64,000 bases of DNA, taken from assembly GCA_965113315.1 (NCBI GenBank), contig OZ220368.1; one strand, 5' to 3'. Shown here one piece after another: positions 52,205 to 64,000 of the stretch. Each line of letters starts with the position of its first letter. Position 1 is the stretch's first letter. The position numbers and the translations under genes were made by a program. Under the pieces are notes generated by a model that was not told where the DNA came from, made no database searches, and saw only the letters and a list, made by a program, of their open reading frames with translations. The DNA comes from Podarcis vaucheri. Lineage: Eukaryota.

Positions 52205-52288
52205 TTAAAGGTTGCTGTTCTGTTGTATTTTTATTAATTTATTGGGAGCTGCCCAGAGTGGCTGGGGCAACCTAGTCAGATGTGTGGC

Positions 52289-52333
<45 letters not shown>
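52205..52333 (+). mobile_element. L2-type LINE 3' tail ending in (TAT)n microsatellite
   Basis: 'gggagctgcccagagtggctggggcaacctagtcagatg' followed by ~14 TAT units (52290-52333). Confidence 0.7.
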
Positions 52334-52396
52334 GACTAGGTTTTCTGTTTCACCTCAATCTCTTCAGATCAGCTTCTCCTTTTATTCTTTCTTAGC

Positions 52397-52850
52397 TCTT
52401 GGATAGCTCAGTTGGAAAAGCATGATATTATTAATCTTAGCGTCGTGAGTTCGAGCCCCACATTGAGCAAAAGATTGCCGGGGTTGGACTAGATGATCCC
52501 AGTAGCAGTGGTGGAGCATATGCCCGTGCTGCCCAGGATGGGCACACTTCCAAGGGGGGCATGGCGTGGAGGGTGCTCTCCCAGGCCCGGGATAGCTGCT
52601 CGGGTGCCCGCAACTCCCAAGCCTCCCCGAAGCTGTCAAAACAAAGGGGGAAGCAGGGAGTGCCGCCAGCAAAGTGGCGCAGCTCCCCCCTTACCCCAAC
52701 GGCTTGGGGTAGTCTTGGGAGTCACGGGTGGGCAGTGCGCCGAATGTCACTACCCTCAGTGAGGGCACTTGGGGAGTCCTGCCCCCACCGCACCCTGTTC
52801 CTCCAGCCCTGTCTAGTAGTCCCTTCCAACTCTACAGTTCTATGATTCTA
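52397..52850 (+). mobile_element. tRNA-Lys-derived SINE with CR1 3' tail, split by a hAT MITE
   Basis: 52397-52469 aligns along tRNA-Lys(CTT); then 'ggggttggactagatga' and 'tcccttccaactctacagttctatgattcta' (CR1 end); second copy at 60289-60401. Confidence 0.85.
52506..52811. mobile_element. GC-rich hAT-like MITE inserted in a SINE
   Basis: Termini CAGTGGTGGAG / CTCCAGCCCTG; 8-bp TSD-like cccagtag / tctagtag; absent from the 60289 SINE copy. Confidence 0.75.
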
Positions 52851-52914
52851 CATACATTATCATTCCTGAGACATCTTTAAGTCAGAAAGAATGAAATGTT
52901 GTAGTGAGGGATAT

Positions 52915-53280
52915 AATAAAAGTCCCGCTAGCTCAGGGAACAGTCCATTCAGTTCAATCTGCTATTTTCCATGGTAGCCAGCCAGATGTTTCTGTGAAGT
53001 CCACAGCAGGGCATGAAGTCAGTGGTCCCCTGAGGCAAAATGCCTTTGCATTGCATTATCATGGCTAATATTACGGCAATACCTTCCAAATATTTTTTAG
53101 CTGTCTTCTACATAAGTTTGACCAAACTGCGGGAGGCAGTGGAAGACAGGAGAGCCTGGCATGCTCTGGTCCATGGGGTCACAAAGAGTCGGACATGACT
53201 AAACGACTAAACAACAACATGCCTCCAAGCCAGTGCCAATTGCCACAGCTTGTGGCACAAGTTTATACATTAATTACTAG
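52915..53280 (-). mobile_element. Old CR1-type 3' fragment, interrupted by BovB
   Basis: 'gtagccagccagatg...gaagtccacagcagggcatgaag...atcatggctaata...gccacagcttgtggca'. Confidence 0.5.
53110..53219 (+). mobile_element. BovB 3' terminal fragment (~110 bp)
   Basis: Nearly identical to the last ~110 nt of the 9868 and 50595 copies, including 'gactaaacgactaaacaacaac'. Confidence 0.93.
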
Positions 53281-53704
53281 ATTTTTCCGATTGGGCCCAG
53301 TCTGAGGATACCTAGTTTTCTGCCTCTTAGACACCCCCCCTCACTCCTTTCTAATACAAGTGCTGTAGCAGCCAAGGTCTTGTGTGAGGGAAGGTTCAGC
53401 TATTGAACGGTTGTAGTGGCTAATGACTAAACAATAAAAAACAACTGAACTGAAGAGCTATTTTGGAAGTGCTGCCAGAGAACGCACCAGTGATTTCTGC
53501 TTCTTCTTTTGGGCTGCTTGTGTAACATGCAGCACAATAACCTGTAAGGTGCTTGGCCAATTCAGATTTGTGGAGTTCACATGCCTCATTGCTGAGGAAA
53601 TGTGCCTCCCATGTAAATTACAACAGAAGGGCGGGGGGAGTTTGTCGTGCTTCTTTCAGTGTTCAGACCTGCATTCAGACCTACATCAGCTGCAGTGAAA
53701 AAAG

Positions 53705-53938
53705 ACCCATATTCACACTATACATTTAAAGACACCACTTTAAACTTCTCAGAGTTCCCTGGGGAGAGGGAATGAGTGTTAAATGACTCTGGGAACTGTA
53801 GTTCTGTGATGAGAAGATAGGTATCTCCTAACAACTCTCAGCACCCTTAACAAACTACAGCTCCCAGAATTCTTTGGGGGAAGCCACAATAGTTTAAAGG
53901 GTAATCATGGTGCTTTAAATGTGTGATGTGAATGTGAC
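53705..53938. mobile_element. Non-autonomous DNA transposon (PIF/Harbinger-like)
   Basis: Imperfect TIRs 'catattcacactatacatttaaag' / 'ctttaaatgtgtgatgtgaatgtg'; internal inverted pair 'ctgggaactgtagtt' / 'aactacagctcccag'. Confidence 0.55.
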
Positions 53939-54889
53939 AATAAGGCAGCTTCCTGTGTTCTCATGTGGAACAGAGGCACAGAGGAATTCTGTACACTGCT
54001 TTCATCAGCTTCCAGAAAAAGATTAGTGTGATTTCTACGACCAGCGCCTTTTCCTTTCTCTGCAAAGGGTTTCTTTAATATCTGAGGTTCAGAAATCAGG
54101 GAAGTGGTGCCAGAATTTCTGAAGAAAGAGAGGGAGAACAATATGCAATCCTACTGTCTTTTTCTACAAGCGTCATCAAAACTGATGGTCTCTGCTGTAT
54201 TTATTCCACAAGATCAAAAAGAACCCCTGATTAACTTCAGTTAAGATTGTGAAACATTTTTTTGTTGTCAAAATGGGGAGTCTTAATAGAATTCTGTATA
54301 TTCAGTTGAATACCTCTCTGGTAATTATTTCTCCATAAGACAAACAAAAGAGTTTAACTGAACATGCTGTCATTCCTTTATTTACAGTAGTGCCTTAATA
54401 GCTTTTTTAGGGCGCAAAACATTTGAGATGCAAAATTGCTTGAGAAGAGAGTATTGTGATATGATTCTCAGAAATGTTAATTGGGGTGAAGCTTAGTGCC
54501 AAAAGCAATACTGATGATAGCAAGGCAGCCAGACATATCTATGGACCCCCTTAACTAGGAAGGGATATAGACAGGGCTGTCTCTGAGGGAATAGGGGCAG
54601 CATTGCTTGTTGTTGATGCCAATTCAGTATATTTTGTCATACTTTTTTATCGCATGTGCTACAGCTTGTGGCTGGATCCCCAGCATGGATAAGCATGTGG
54701 CGGGCAACACATACAGGGCTGGCCAAGGATATTTTGTACTTCAGGCAAAACAGAAAATGCCGGCCACCCCACAGCAGCAGCTGCCTCTGTGCCTGACCAC
54801 CTTCTCTGCCACTGCCCTCTGCCACCACACCCTCCTGCCACTGTGCCTTCCCAGTGCCATGGCTAGGTGCAGATTAGGTGGCCAGGTGG

Positions 54890-55284
54890 GTGTGGCGGCC
54901 GGATACAGAGGAAGCTGGATCTGCCACCTAAGGTTACTGCCTCACCTTCCCTCATGGGCCCTGATACCATTTCACATTTGGGGGTGTTGCTTCAAGGTCT
55001 CAGCCTCAGCTTGGGGGACTGGCATGGCCACCACACGCCCAAGTTGCTTGATATGTATCAGTTTTTTTTCATGGTGGGCCTGAGGTTCATGCAACTCCGA
55101 GAAACCCAGGTTGGCTGGTGTATTGGGAAAAGTCAAGTAGTCCAAGGAGCAGATCTCTGTCCTATGCCAAGCCAAACTCTGTGAGATATAACTAATAAAA
55201 GCTGTGGACGTTTTAACTCCTCCTCAGCCTATGCATAATTATTTGCTCCTTTACCCAACGCCACCACTCTGTGCTGCGGACACA
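54890..55284 (+). mobile_element. Possible LTR-like fragment
   Basis: GC-richer block with 'aataaaagctgtgg' poly-A signal and an end in ...GACACA; 5' boundary and TSD unclear. Confidence 0.3.
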
Positions 55285-55312
55285 ATGTCCTCTTCTAGAA
55301 AGTCTGGCCAAG

Positions 55313-55614
55313 TTATATTGGAGTGGATGAGTTGAATGATGCTTATATATATATAGCTGACAAAGGAAGAATTGGAAGTGACTTGGTTTCTTAACTTTCT
55401 TTTCTCTCACTTTGAAACCTTCTTCTATCTCTCCCTCTCTTCTTTTTTCTTCCTTGCTTTCTTTTTCTTTCTCCTCCCCCCTTATTTTTCTCTTCTTTTC
55501 CTTGGGATCAATGTTTTTATTTTATCTAGATTAGCATTTTAGTTTGGACAAAAAAGAATATTAATCTTTGTAACTCTTTATTAATATCTAATAAAATTTA
55601 TTTTATAAAAAAAA
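55313..55614 (+). mobile_element. 5'-truncated L1-type retroinsertion
   Basis: 17-bp TSD tagaaagtctggccaag (55296-55312) / tagaaagttttgccaag (55615-55631); pyrimidine-rich body; AATAAA at 55590-55595; A-tail. Confidence 0.75.
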
Positions 55615-58600
55615 TAGAAAGTTTTGCCAAGGCTGAGGTGACTCAGCCTTGGAGGGTAAGCATAAGTCCTGTTTTGATAGTCTTCCCTTCCTCAGTGAGC
55701 AACATGGAAACAAGGAGCAGTGCTTTGCTGAGTAGCCCTAACCCTGGTGTCCATGTGTACAAAGTAAAGACCTGCAGCAAGGGGGCATTTGCACATATAA
55801 GCTTTGCAGATGAAAGTTTCCCCAGAATTTGCAATCATAAAGAAGGCCACTTGGCAAAATTTTCTCTTGAGTATTTGCTATCAGTTTGTTTGTTTTGTGG
55901 TGCCCATGATTTAACACACAATGTATCAGAAAGATGCTAGATCTGGGGCAAAGTGAAGAATACAAAATGTTCCAGTCTGCACCCATTTGTGGGCCTGCCT
56001 CCACTTGGAGCAGTGAAAAGGGGGGGGACCATGGGGGGGGGAGATGTGCTATTCCTGATGGTGAGTCCCACTCCTATACATCCTGAATGGTTTTCCCTCC
56101 CCAAGTTCTCTCCTTAAATAAGGTGGCAAATTTTGAGAGTCCATTTGCACAAACCTTTAGTGTGCAATTATTTTGCTGAAGACAAACACATATGCAACAC
56201 ACCCCAACGCAACACATAATAAATCTATATCTGCTTGCCAGCCTGAGAGGTGTATGCATTTGACACTCGTGGCTCCCTGGAAATTATACCCACATTAAAA
56301 AATTGTCATGTGTCAATCATCTTGTAGGTTGACTTCAATTAAACTGGCTCATACTGCTTATGCTGGAGTGGGTGATAAGGAGAAGGCAGAGCTCCCCTCA
56401 GTGGACACTAGGGTCCTTGCAGTTGCCAGACCAAACATCTGCCATGGGAAATGTCTGCCATGTCATTTACCTCTGGGAGAGTAGCCAGGGAAACTATGAA
56501 TAGCTAGGCACTTTGCTCTTGAATATTTTTGGCTAATAACAAATGTATATATAAGTAGTCATCATTCTTTCCTGAATGATATTCATCAAAAAAGCAGTTC
56601 CCATGTTGACCATTCTGCAAACTAGATAACTGGATGGTGCTTCATGGTTATGGACTCATAAATCATTGCTGGTTTCGTGTGACCACAAAGTTTCTATGTT
56701 TGGACTCATAATTACTCAGCAGCATTATGTATAAAACCACCCTGGTGAAAGTCGCTTGCAGGAGTCCAATCATGCTTGTGTGAAGATATCCATATATTTT
56801 AGAAAGTTACTAATTCTTCATGGTTATCATTTGTGGTGATATTACTGTACTACTGCTGTGACATTGTCAATAGAAGGGGCAGACTTTCCAGTAATCTCTG
56901 AAACACAGCCTAGTGATTTTGATGTTCTTGTTCCTTTAGTCTATGACATTAATGCATTGACCCCTGTTTCCAGCACCCAGAATTTATAGCCTAAAGTAGT
57001 ACGCTGGAGCTACATTTCACAAGAAAATCAATCTTTCTCTTTAGTACCCAGAAGAGCAATTTAAGCTTGATGGGGAGACAAAGAAATCTGATACTTATTT
57101 TTATCCTATAAATTGAAACATTTACATTTGTGTTCCTGTGTTCTTATGTTCTACTTCTCCCTCCCTTCCATAAAACCCCAAATATAGCTGTCTGGTATAA
57201 TGGAATTCACGATCAGAATGAGGATAAATTTTCCTTGCTCATTCACGTATGGAAACTTTGTTCACCTTTCCTGCAACTGTGAAATTGGTTTGAAACAATG
57301 GACTGATATTTCTTCATGAGTTACTCTTTACATACCAGAGCCATTCAAATGACTACAAAATGTGTTATCCGCAGGGAAACAAAGACAAGCATTTCCTGTA
57401 TAAAATTGTGAATGTTGGTGTTGCTGGATATGCAAGGAGAGCAGAATTCTGTGCTGAGAATTTACAGGATTCTAGCTTAGCGCTTAGAAACATAAACAAT
57501 TATGAACAGAGATGTTTTGGTTTTGAACCATTTTAGCATAAGATGCTAGACTTTCATAGCAGGACACATTTAATTTTGTGATTAAATGCATCTTGACTTG
57601 CCCACTTCAATGATTGGCTTGGAAACATAAAAATCTATTAAGGGTAAATATTTTATGTTTTCTATCTCCTTTGAGATCTGGTACTGACAAAGAAAGAAGC
57701 CTTTAGACCTTAGGGAAACACTTCCCTTAGAACTTGATTGTCCATAGTATATATTTACATAAAGACTACTGTCTGACATGGTTTCCTGTAAATATGAACC
57801 ATGAGACATTTGTGAGAATCTGAAAGGAAAGATGTTTCTTATTTTCAAGTGGGACTACAGGGTGTACTGCTTTAATTATCAACATTCAGTGCAGCAAAAT
57901 GTTTTGAACATATGACCAGTTTGCTGATGCAAACATTTAAACTCTGAACCAGATTTTTCTTTTCTTTTTGGCTTTCCTTTGACTCATGTTGTAGATAGAG
58001 CTGTTGTGTTTCTGGCTTATTTTGTCCCAACCATCCTATGAATAATGTACTAAGCTGTGACGCATTTCCCCCAGAATGAATTCAGTGGGAGCATTTAAGT
58101 ATGAACATGAGAAATCTAACCCAGCTTTAAGAACAATATGTTCGGTCTAATTTGGGTATAACTTCCAGAGCGCAGCTGCTGGGATTATTTAATTATGTTG
58201 ATATTTAATTTGTAATAAAAGAATTGAATATTAGATTTTGAAAGGTTAGAGTGTGCTTTAAAAACAACTGGGATACAATGATATAACACATCTAGGGCAG
58301 CAATTGGGGCTAATGCCACTGATCTCCAGGAAACATTTTCAGCATGTGAAGGGGCTGGGGTGTGTGATAAAGTATTTATTCAGGCTCCTCATGGTGTATA
58401 TTTCCACCTACTGGTTAATTGCCCCATCCCAGTCATCTAGAACATTGGCAATTTTTTGTTAGATGAAGAGAGAAAAATGCATTTCTAGCAGCAATGATAT
58501 CCTCATGCAGTTACCCAGATTTAACTTCATGGTGATGTACATCACTAAGAACAAACGAAGCTAGTGTTGAGCAAAGGCATTGCTCTCACATTGAATTTGC

Positions 58601-59113
58601 TTTATTTGCCCCGTGGTTTTATCTTGAAGCCAACTCTTGTTTGACGGCGTGTTGATGCCACTGCTATTCAAGAAGAGGACCTGTTTTGAACAAAACAAAA
58701 ATAGCACTGAAGCTTCCAAAAATAAAATGGAGCACTACGGTGGTAGTGGGGTTGGTTGCCTTAGAGCATGTTTTGGATGCACCTTTCCTCTGTAGTGGCT
58801 TTTGTGAAAAATCTTGCCTTAAAGTTGCCTTTAAAGGAGGAGCTGAATTTCATGGGGAAGACTGTTTACAAAAGTCACCTAATCCCAAATTCATTGTCTC
58901 ATAGTTTTGGAAGTATCTTCATGATATCATAATCAGTTACAGTAATTTCAGGATTATGAAGTATATGCACAACCATTTGTACTGATTGTGAAACCATAAT
59001 AATGCAATCTCTGCTAGGATCTTAGCGGTTATGACTATGATTTCCAAATGGCATTTTTAGAACAGAAACTTCAAGTTGAAATTAGTATTAGCTAAGATCG
59101 TAGAAAATAATAA

Positions 59114-59270
59114 AACATAGAAAGCTACCTTATACCAATACAGACCATTGGTTCATCTCAGTATTGTTGACACTGACTTAACAGTGACTCTCCAGGGTTT
59201 CAGGCAGGGAATATTTCCCAGCCCTGCCTGTGAGCAAACCTAGGACTTTGTACATCACTGACCTGCAGCA
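59114..59270 (-). mobile_element. Squam2-like tRNA SINE
   Basis: 'aacatagaaagctaccttatacc...cagaccattgg...cagtattgttgacactgact...ctctccagggtttcaggcaggg'. Confidence 0.65.
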
Positions 59271-60288
59271 CTTTCCCAGTGTCATACATTTGTCCATAAA
59301 CCTTGATTTGTATCATAAGAACCACAAGTGGGTTTTTACTCATTGACTAGTGCTTTTTTGCCTTCTCCCTACTGCAACTCACTGAGCTCCCAAAAAGCAA
59401 CTTCTGTGGGTCAAAGCAGGCTGCAGCAACAGGAGGAATAAAAAATATATCAGAGACTCACTCCACAAGTAGCTTCTAGCGCTGAGCTCTGTTGGATCAA
59501 AGCCATTAGATTTTCTTTTGTGGTTATTTTGAGCACGTCATCATCCACACAGATTAGAAGCTACGCATGGAGTGAATAAATGTCATGACAAAATGGTACA
59601 AGGAAAGATTGCTCAATAGATTAATCCCTCAAAATTAAAAAGCAGGAACACTATGTAGCTGTGTTCCCTTTGAGGCATCCTGATTAACTGGATACATTGT
59701 TACCTTTTAGAGCAAATTACTGAAAGGAGGCTTGGAGAGATTGAACTAGCTGCCCCCTTTCTGTCAAGACACAAATGTTTGCTTCCTCCTTTTTCATTAA
59801 ACAGTATCTACTGGGATCTGTTATTTTCCCATCTGTTTATTCCGTTTTGAATAATTTAAATAGAATGGAGATTTCTGTTGACACATGCATATGATTTTCA
59901 GAAAGTTAAATGGTGACATCAAGATAGGTCAAATTAAAACCTGTCAGAAACCAAATGTACCAAATTCATGATGCAATTATTGAAGCGTGGAATATACACA
60001 GCCTTGTCAGTAGGCACTGGACACACAAACAGACCCCTTGAGACAAATGTTTTGATGGCCTTCATCTCAACAATGATGCCATTAAAATGGAAACACCAGG
60101 TAAGAAAGCAGGCTGGTAGTGCACAGGATGGAGCAAAACCTGATTTCGATGAAGATTTTGAATTTATTATAGGTACGCAAAGGAGAAGTTGGCTGAATAG
60201 CACCCCAAAATTACAAAGAAAAATTGGGATGGGGAAAATAGGTATTACAGCTTTTTGTAAAAAAAATGGTTCAACAGACTGATTTTAT

Positions 60289-60401
60289 AGCATGAGGCTC
60301 TTAATCTCAGAGTCGTGGGCTGAGCCCCACATAAGGCAAAAGATTTCTGCATTGCAGGGGTTGGACTAGATGTGGTCACTTCCAACTCTACAATTCTATG
60401 A
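60289..60401 (+). mobile_element. tRNA-Lys/CR1-tail SINE, second copy (5' end eroded)
   Basis: 'agcatgaggctcttaatctcagagtcgtggg' matches the tRNA-Lys(CTT) anticodon arm; ends 'ttccaactctacaattctatga'. Confidence 0.8.
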
Positions 60402-62589
60402 AACTTGGCAGTGTATAAGAGGTTAGGATGAGTATGGCCCATACCGCATTTGAGGTGGAAAGGATAATAAATGGTGTCTTATGAATGAGCTAAATGTGTG
60501 GTGATCAGGTTTGAGAAGTATGCTGATTTCTTACACAAACTTTGCTGGAGTAGTTTTGAAGGAAAAATTCTCTATTTATACTGTGTCCTTTTGGAAATCG
60601 TGCTAAGTCAAGGGGAACATCTAGTATGTGTCATTGCCCATGAATTGTGTAACATGTTTGCAGTTTTAAAGGCATTTTTTGTGGCCACTGTCATTAAATG
60701 GGGGTTTATAAGAAAAGACCCTGCAAGTGCCTGTTGTGACAGAAGGTTATGTTCAGGGGAGAGGGATGAATGAAATGTTGTGTGAATGACAAGCAGAGAG
60801 GGTTGGTTGGAATATGACCATTAGTGTAGCTCTTTGAAGGACAGAAAAAACACTGGTGGGGAGAGGGACAGATGAGAGAGAGAGATGGAAATATTCACAG
60901 ACTAGGCCTATCAGCCTTGAAGTGTTTACAGTTCAGGTAGTCAAGAGGTTAGAAATTACAGGTGTGAAAATATACTGGGCGAAGAAACCACAGGTGATAA
61001 GTAAAAAATAGTTTGTAAGGCAAGAGGGGAGTGGAAAATATAACTGAGATGCACTACAGCTGCATTCTTCACAGCAGCTTTTGAAGACACAGAAAAGCCT
61101 TCAAACTAAAATGGAGGGAAGGGAGATTTAGGGGTCAACTGTGTGGCTCTGTATATGTACGTGCTGAAAATCCTCTTTTTCGAGTGCAACCTCTAAGGTT
61201 AGGTATGACAATTGACTTAAGCAAGAACAACAACCACCTAGCCACCACCTAGCTCCTGGACCTTTCACATTCATAGACGGTGCAGAAATCTGCCTGGATG
61301 ATTGCAAGGCACACGAACCTGCACGACCCCTTGCCCAGTGAACTAATTATTACAGGTAGAGAAGTAGCGGCCTGCAAAAGTTGGCAACCCCAATAAAGAC
61401 ATAGGAGCCTAGTTAAGAAAAAATATTGGCAACCCTTATTTATAACTTCTTCTTAAAAAAAATGAGCAGAAAGGCAGCCGGAGTCATTAGCGGTTTGCAG
61501 CCCATTAAACATAGTAGACTGGTGGGGATGGGGGAAGTTGGCAACCCATATTTCCAACCTTTCCCCCTTGTTTAAAAAAGGAGGCAGCTGTTATAGGTGG
61601 AGAAGCAGTGGCAACCAGTAAAAGCTGAAACACTTTTAAAGAACTAATCACATGATGCGATACCATACAGTACCATATCAGTATTGCCTAAATAATATGT
61701 CTGTTAACAGCTGTCTTTTCACAGCATTTTGGGGAGTGAACACGAAAAGCCCTTAATACGACGTGTTAAACTGAAAGGTTTTTTGTTAATTGAATTTATC
61801 CATTGCCTCCGCTGTTCTTTCTGACAGCAGCAAAGTAAGAGATTAACAGAGTCATTCTAAACTTGAATTCTGCCAGCTGAATGGTTGTAGGTTTCAGCAG
61901 AAGTCCTGCTATAGAGGCTGAGGAGCAGATAAACTGTCTCCACACAAAAAATGTGGTGATACGCTGCGGGCATGGTGGTTCTGCAAGCAAAGATAAAGTG
62001 AAACAGGATGGATTTGAGGGCAGGATGTGGACAGCACAGGGTAGGAGCACACTCACACTGCATCAATGGTACCAGGAAATGGTGGGGGAACTGAGTGAAT
62101 TTGAGCTAGCAATCTCCTGCTCTACATTGTGTCCACTTTGCAGACTATACCACAGAGCTCTCGTGCTGCTGCTTTTGCCTAGTTTGAAGGTGGCTTATTG
62201 TGAAATTTACGTGAGCTTGTTTGAAACTATAACCTCTGATTCATATATAATGATAAGCCAGGTTTTGTTAAAAGTGTAACTAAATTTGCTAAAGCCCTCT
62301 TTTTCTCGCCATTTGGGAGAAGAGTTGGGCAGGGGAAGATGTGAGCCTAAGACTTTCAGCAGCTCTTTGCTGTTTGTGTTTATAGCACTACTAAACCATG
62401 GTTTCATAGCTCCTTTATGGACAGGGAATTGTTCTAGGAATGTAATTTGATGGTTATTGTAGGCCTGAGGTTAGACATCTGAGCCAAGGCACTTCAGTTG
62501 GTTCTTCCAGGTCCTTAGTTATGCTGTGTTTCTTCACAGGGTCCCAAGCCTCTTCCTCAGACGAAGTCTTCTTAAAGTCTGGGTCAGGA

Positions 62590-62658
62590 GGGAACTGGAC
62601 TGTTGGAAGCCATTTGGAATCCTACAACATTTGGAAGGCCATAGGTTCCCCTTCCCTG
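62590..62658. mobile_element. Palindromic hAT-like MITE half
   Basis: 'acaacatttggaaggccataggttccccttccctg' is the right end of the family at 880 and 50141. Confidence 0.55.
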
Positions 62659-63035
62659 TCTTAGAGTAGGAATGTCCCATTTGACACAATTTCAAAAAAA
62701 GTAATTTGCATGGCTTGACACTAATTTCCAACACAAGAAAAGGATTGTCCTACCCTGGCTTGAAGAAAACACCCAATTGGTATTAGATAAATTGATCTGT
62801 GTTTTTGGTTTGAAAATTGTGTAAACCTTATTTCTGCTATCAATAATACTCCCATAAACAAACAGTGGTTGATCAATATCCTATTACTGCTATAGGCAGA
62901 TGCACTTTGTTTCTAATTAGAAATTCATTGAATTGCAAAGCCCACCTTCCCAACAAATCGCAGGCCCTAAATGTTAATAATTGCTTTCCCTAATCTATAC
63001 TTTTTTCTGTCCGAATGCTTTTCCTGTTATTTAGT

Positions 63036-63056
63036 ACGACTAAACAACAACAACAA
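63036..63056 (+). mobile_element. Minimal BovB tail remnant
   Basis: ACGACTAAACAACAACAACAA matches the BovB termini in this window. Confidence 0.55.
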
Positions 63057-63659
63057 TATTACACAGAGGCTAAGTCTGACAACGAAGAAGCAGTTCTTCC
63101 AGGCTGAAGTTGTAATCCATATCCTATATAGATTCTTTTTCTAATGTTAATAGCACCACATGTGGCCCTTATTGTTTTTATTCTGTTTATTCTTTCTTTG
63201 AAATAAATAGCTGTTTAACACAGATTTTATTAGCTCCTGCTGCTTATTTCTCACATTCAGGCCTAATTCTCTGTTTGTGGCACTAGGGTGATCTGTATTG
63301 GTATTATAGTAATTGATGTTACAAACACAGCAATAAGGCTATGACTTTGTAATTTTACCAAATAAAAACTCCAGGCCACAGGAAAATCTCCATGTTATAT
63401 GTGCACCAAAACAAAGCTTTTAACATTTTTAAAGCAACTTCAGGAGGAGTAGAACTTCAATTTGCACAGGCCTGCCAGATGGTTAAAGGTTGTTCCTAAA
63501 TGGATGGCCTTGATTTTAACTGGTTCACACCATTTTTTAAAAGATGATAGTAACTCAGTTCAGTTAATATTTGAGATCTCTTAAGGGAAGTAACACTTTT
63601 TATTGATCAAGTAGTATAGAGAGGAAGATATGGAAGCCATTTTACACATATTGAGTCCA

Positions 63660-64000
63660 ATTGGGGAATTGAAATTCAATTTAGTTCATATTTAAAGGCG
63701 AACCTACCCAATTTTCACTTTTCAAAACAAGATGAGGGCTGAAACCTATCCATCCTTCAAAATTCACATTTATCCAAATTTAGCAATACCATTCTCTAGG
63801 GAAATAATGTGTATGAAATGCCTATACTAGGGCAAACTGTACATAAGCTGCATATGCTAGTAAAAAAATAGCATACAAAAATGGGCAATGTAGGAGAAAT
63901 TGTTCTGCAGGATAGATAAAATTGCATACAAACATGTGTTAGGAGAAAATCACATTAAAATGCTGGTGAATTTTCAAGACTTCAATTTTTATTTTTATTT
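63660..64000 (+). mobile_element. AT-rich dispersed repeat (same family as 17455-17850), running off the window end
   Basis: Colinear similarity to 17455-17760. Confidence 0.6.

Noticed and set aside
52397-52469. tRNA-Lys gene
   Set aside because: Acceptor and anticodon arms are mutated, there is no oligo-T terminator, and it continues into a CR1 tail: a SINE head

Overview
Eukaryotic, AT-rich, CpG-depleted vertebrate DNA, almost certainly from a squamate lizard. The repeat content (Sauria SINE with ACCTTT tail, BovB/RTE with ACGACTAAACAACAAC tail, Squam3-type SINE) points to a lacertid such as Podarcis, Lacerta or Zootoca; this is inference. I found no host protein-coding exon, rRNA or true tRNA gene that I can support, so the window looks like the inside of a very large intron or a gene desert. 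The only real protein-like ORFs come from transposons: two BovB ORF C-termini and a decayed hAT-Charlie transposase. The rest is a mix of TE fossils (BovB, CR1, L1-type, L2, several SINE families, pogo/Tigger-like and hAT MITEs, a possible solo LTR), often nested, plus microsatellites. Between them lie several long TE-free blocks rich in homeodomain, PBX/MEIS and POU motifs that look like conserved non-coding enhancers. I see no evidence of a novel multi-gene system. The best leads are a tRNA-Lys/CR1-tail SINE, a 5S-derived SINE, two BovB copies truncated at almost the same base, a perfect 21-bp hairpin, a TTGGCAACCC motif array and the candidate enhancer blocks. Coordinates were read by eye, and family names come from recalled consensus sequences, not database searches.
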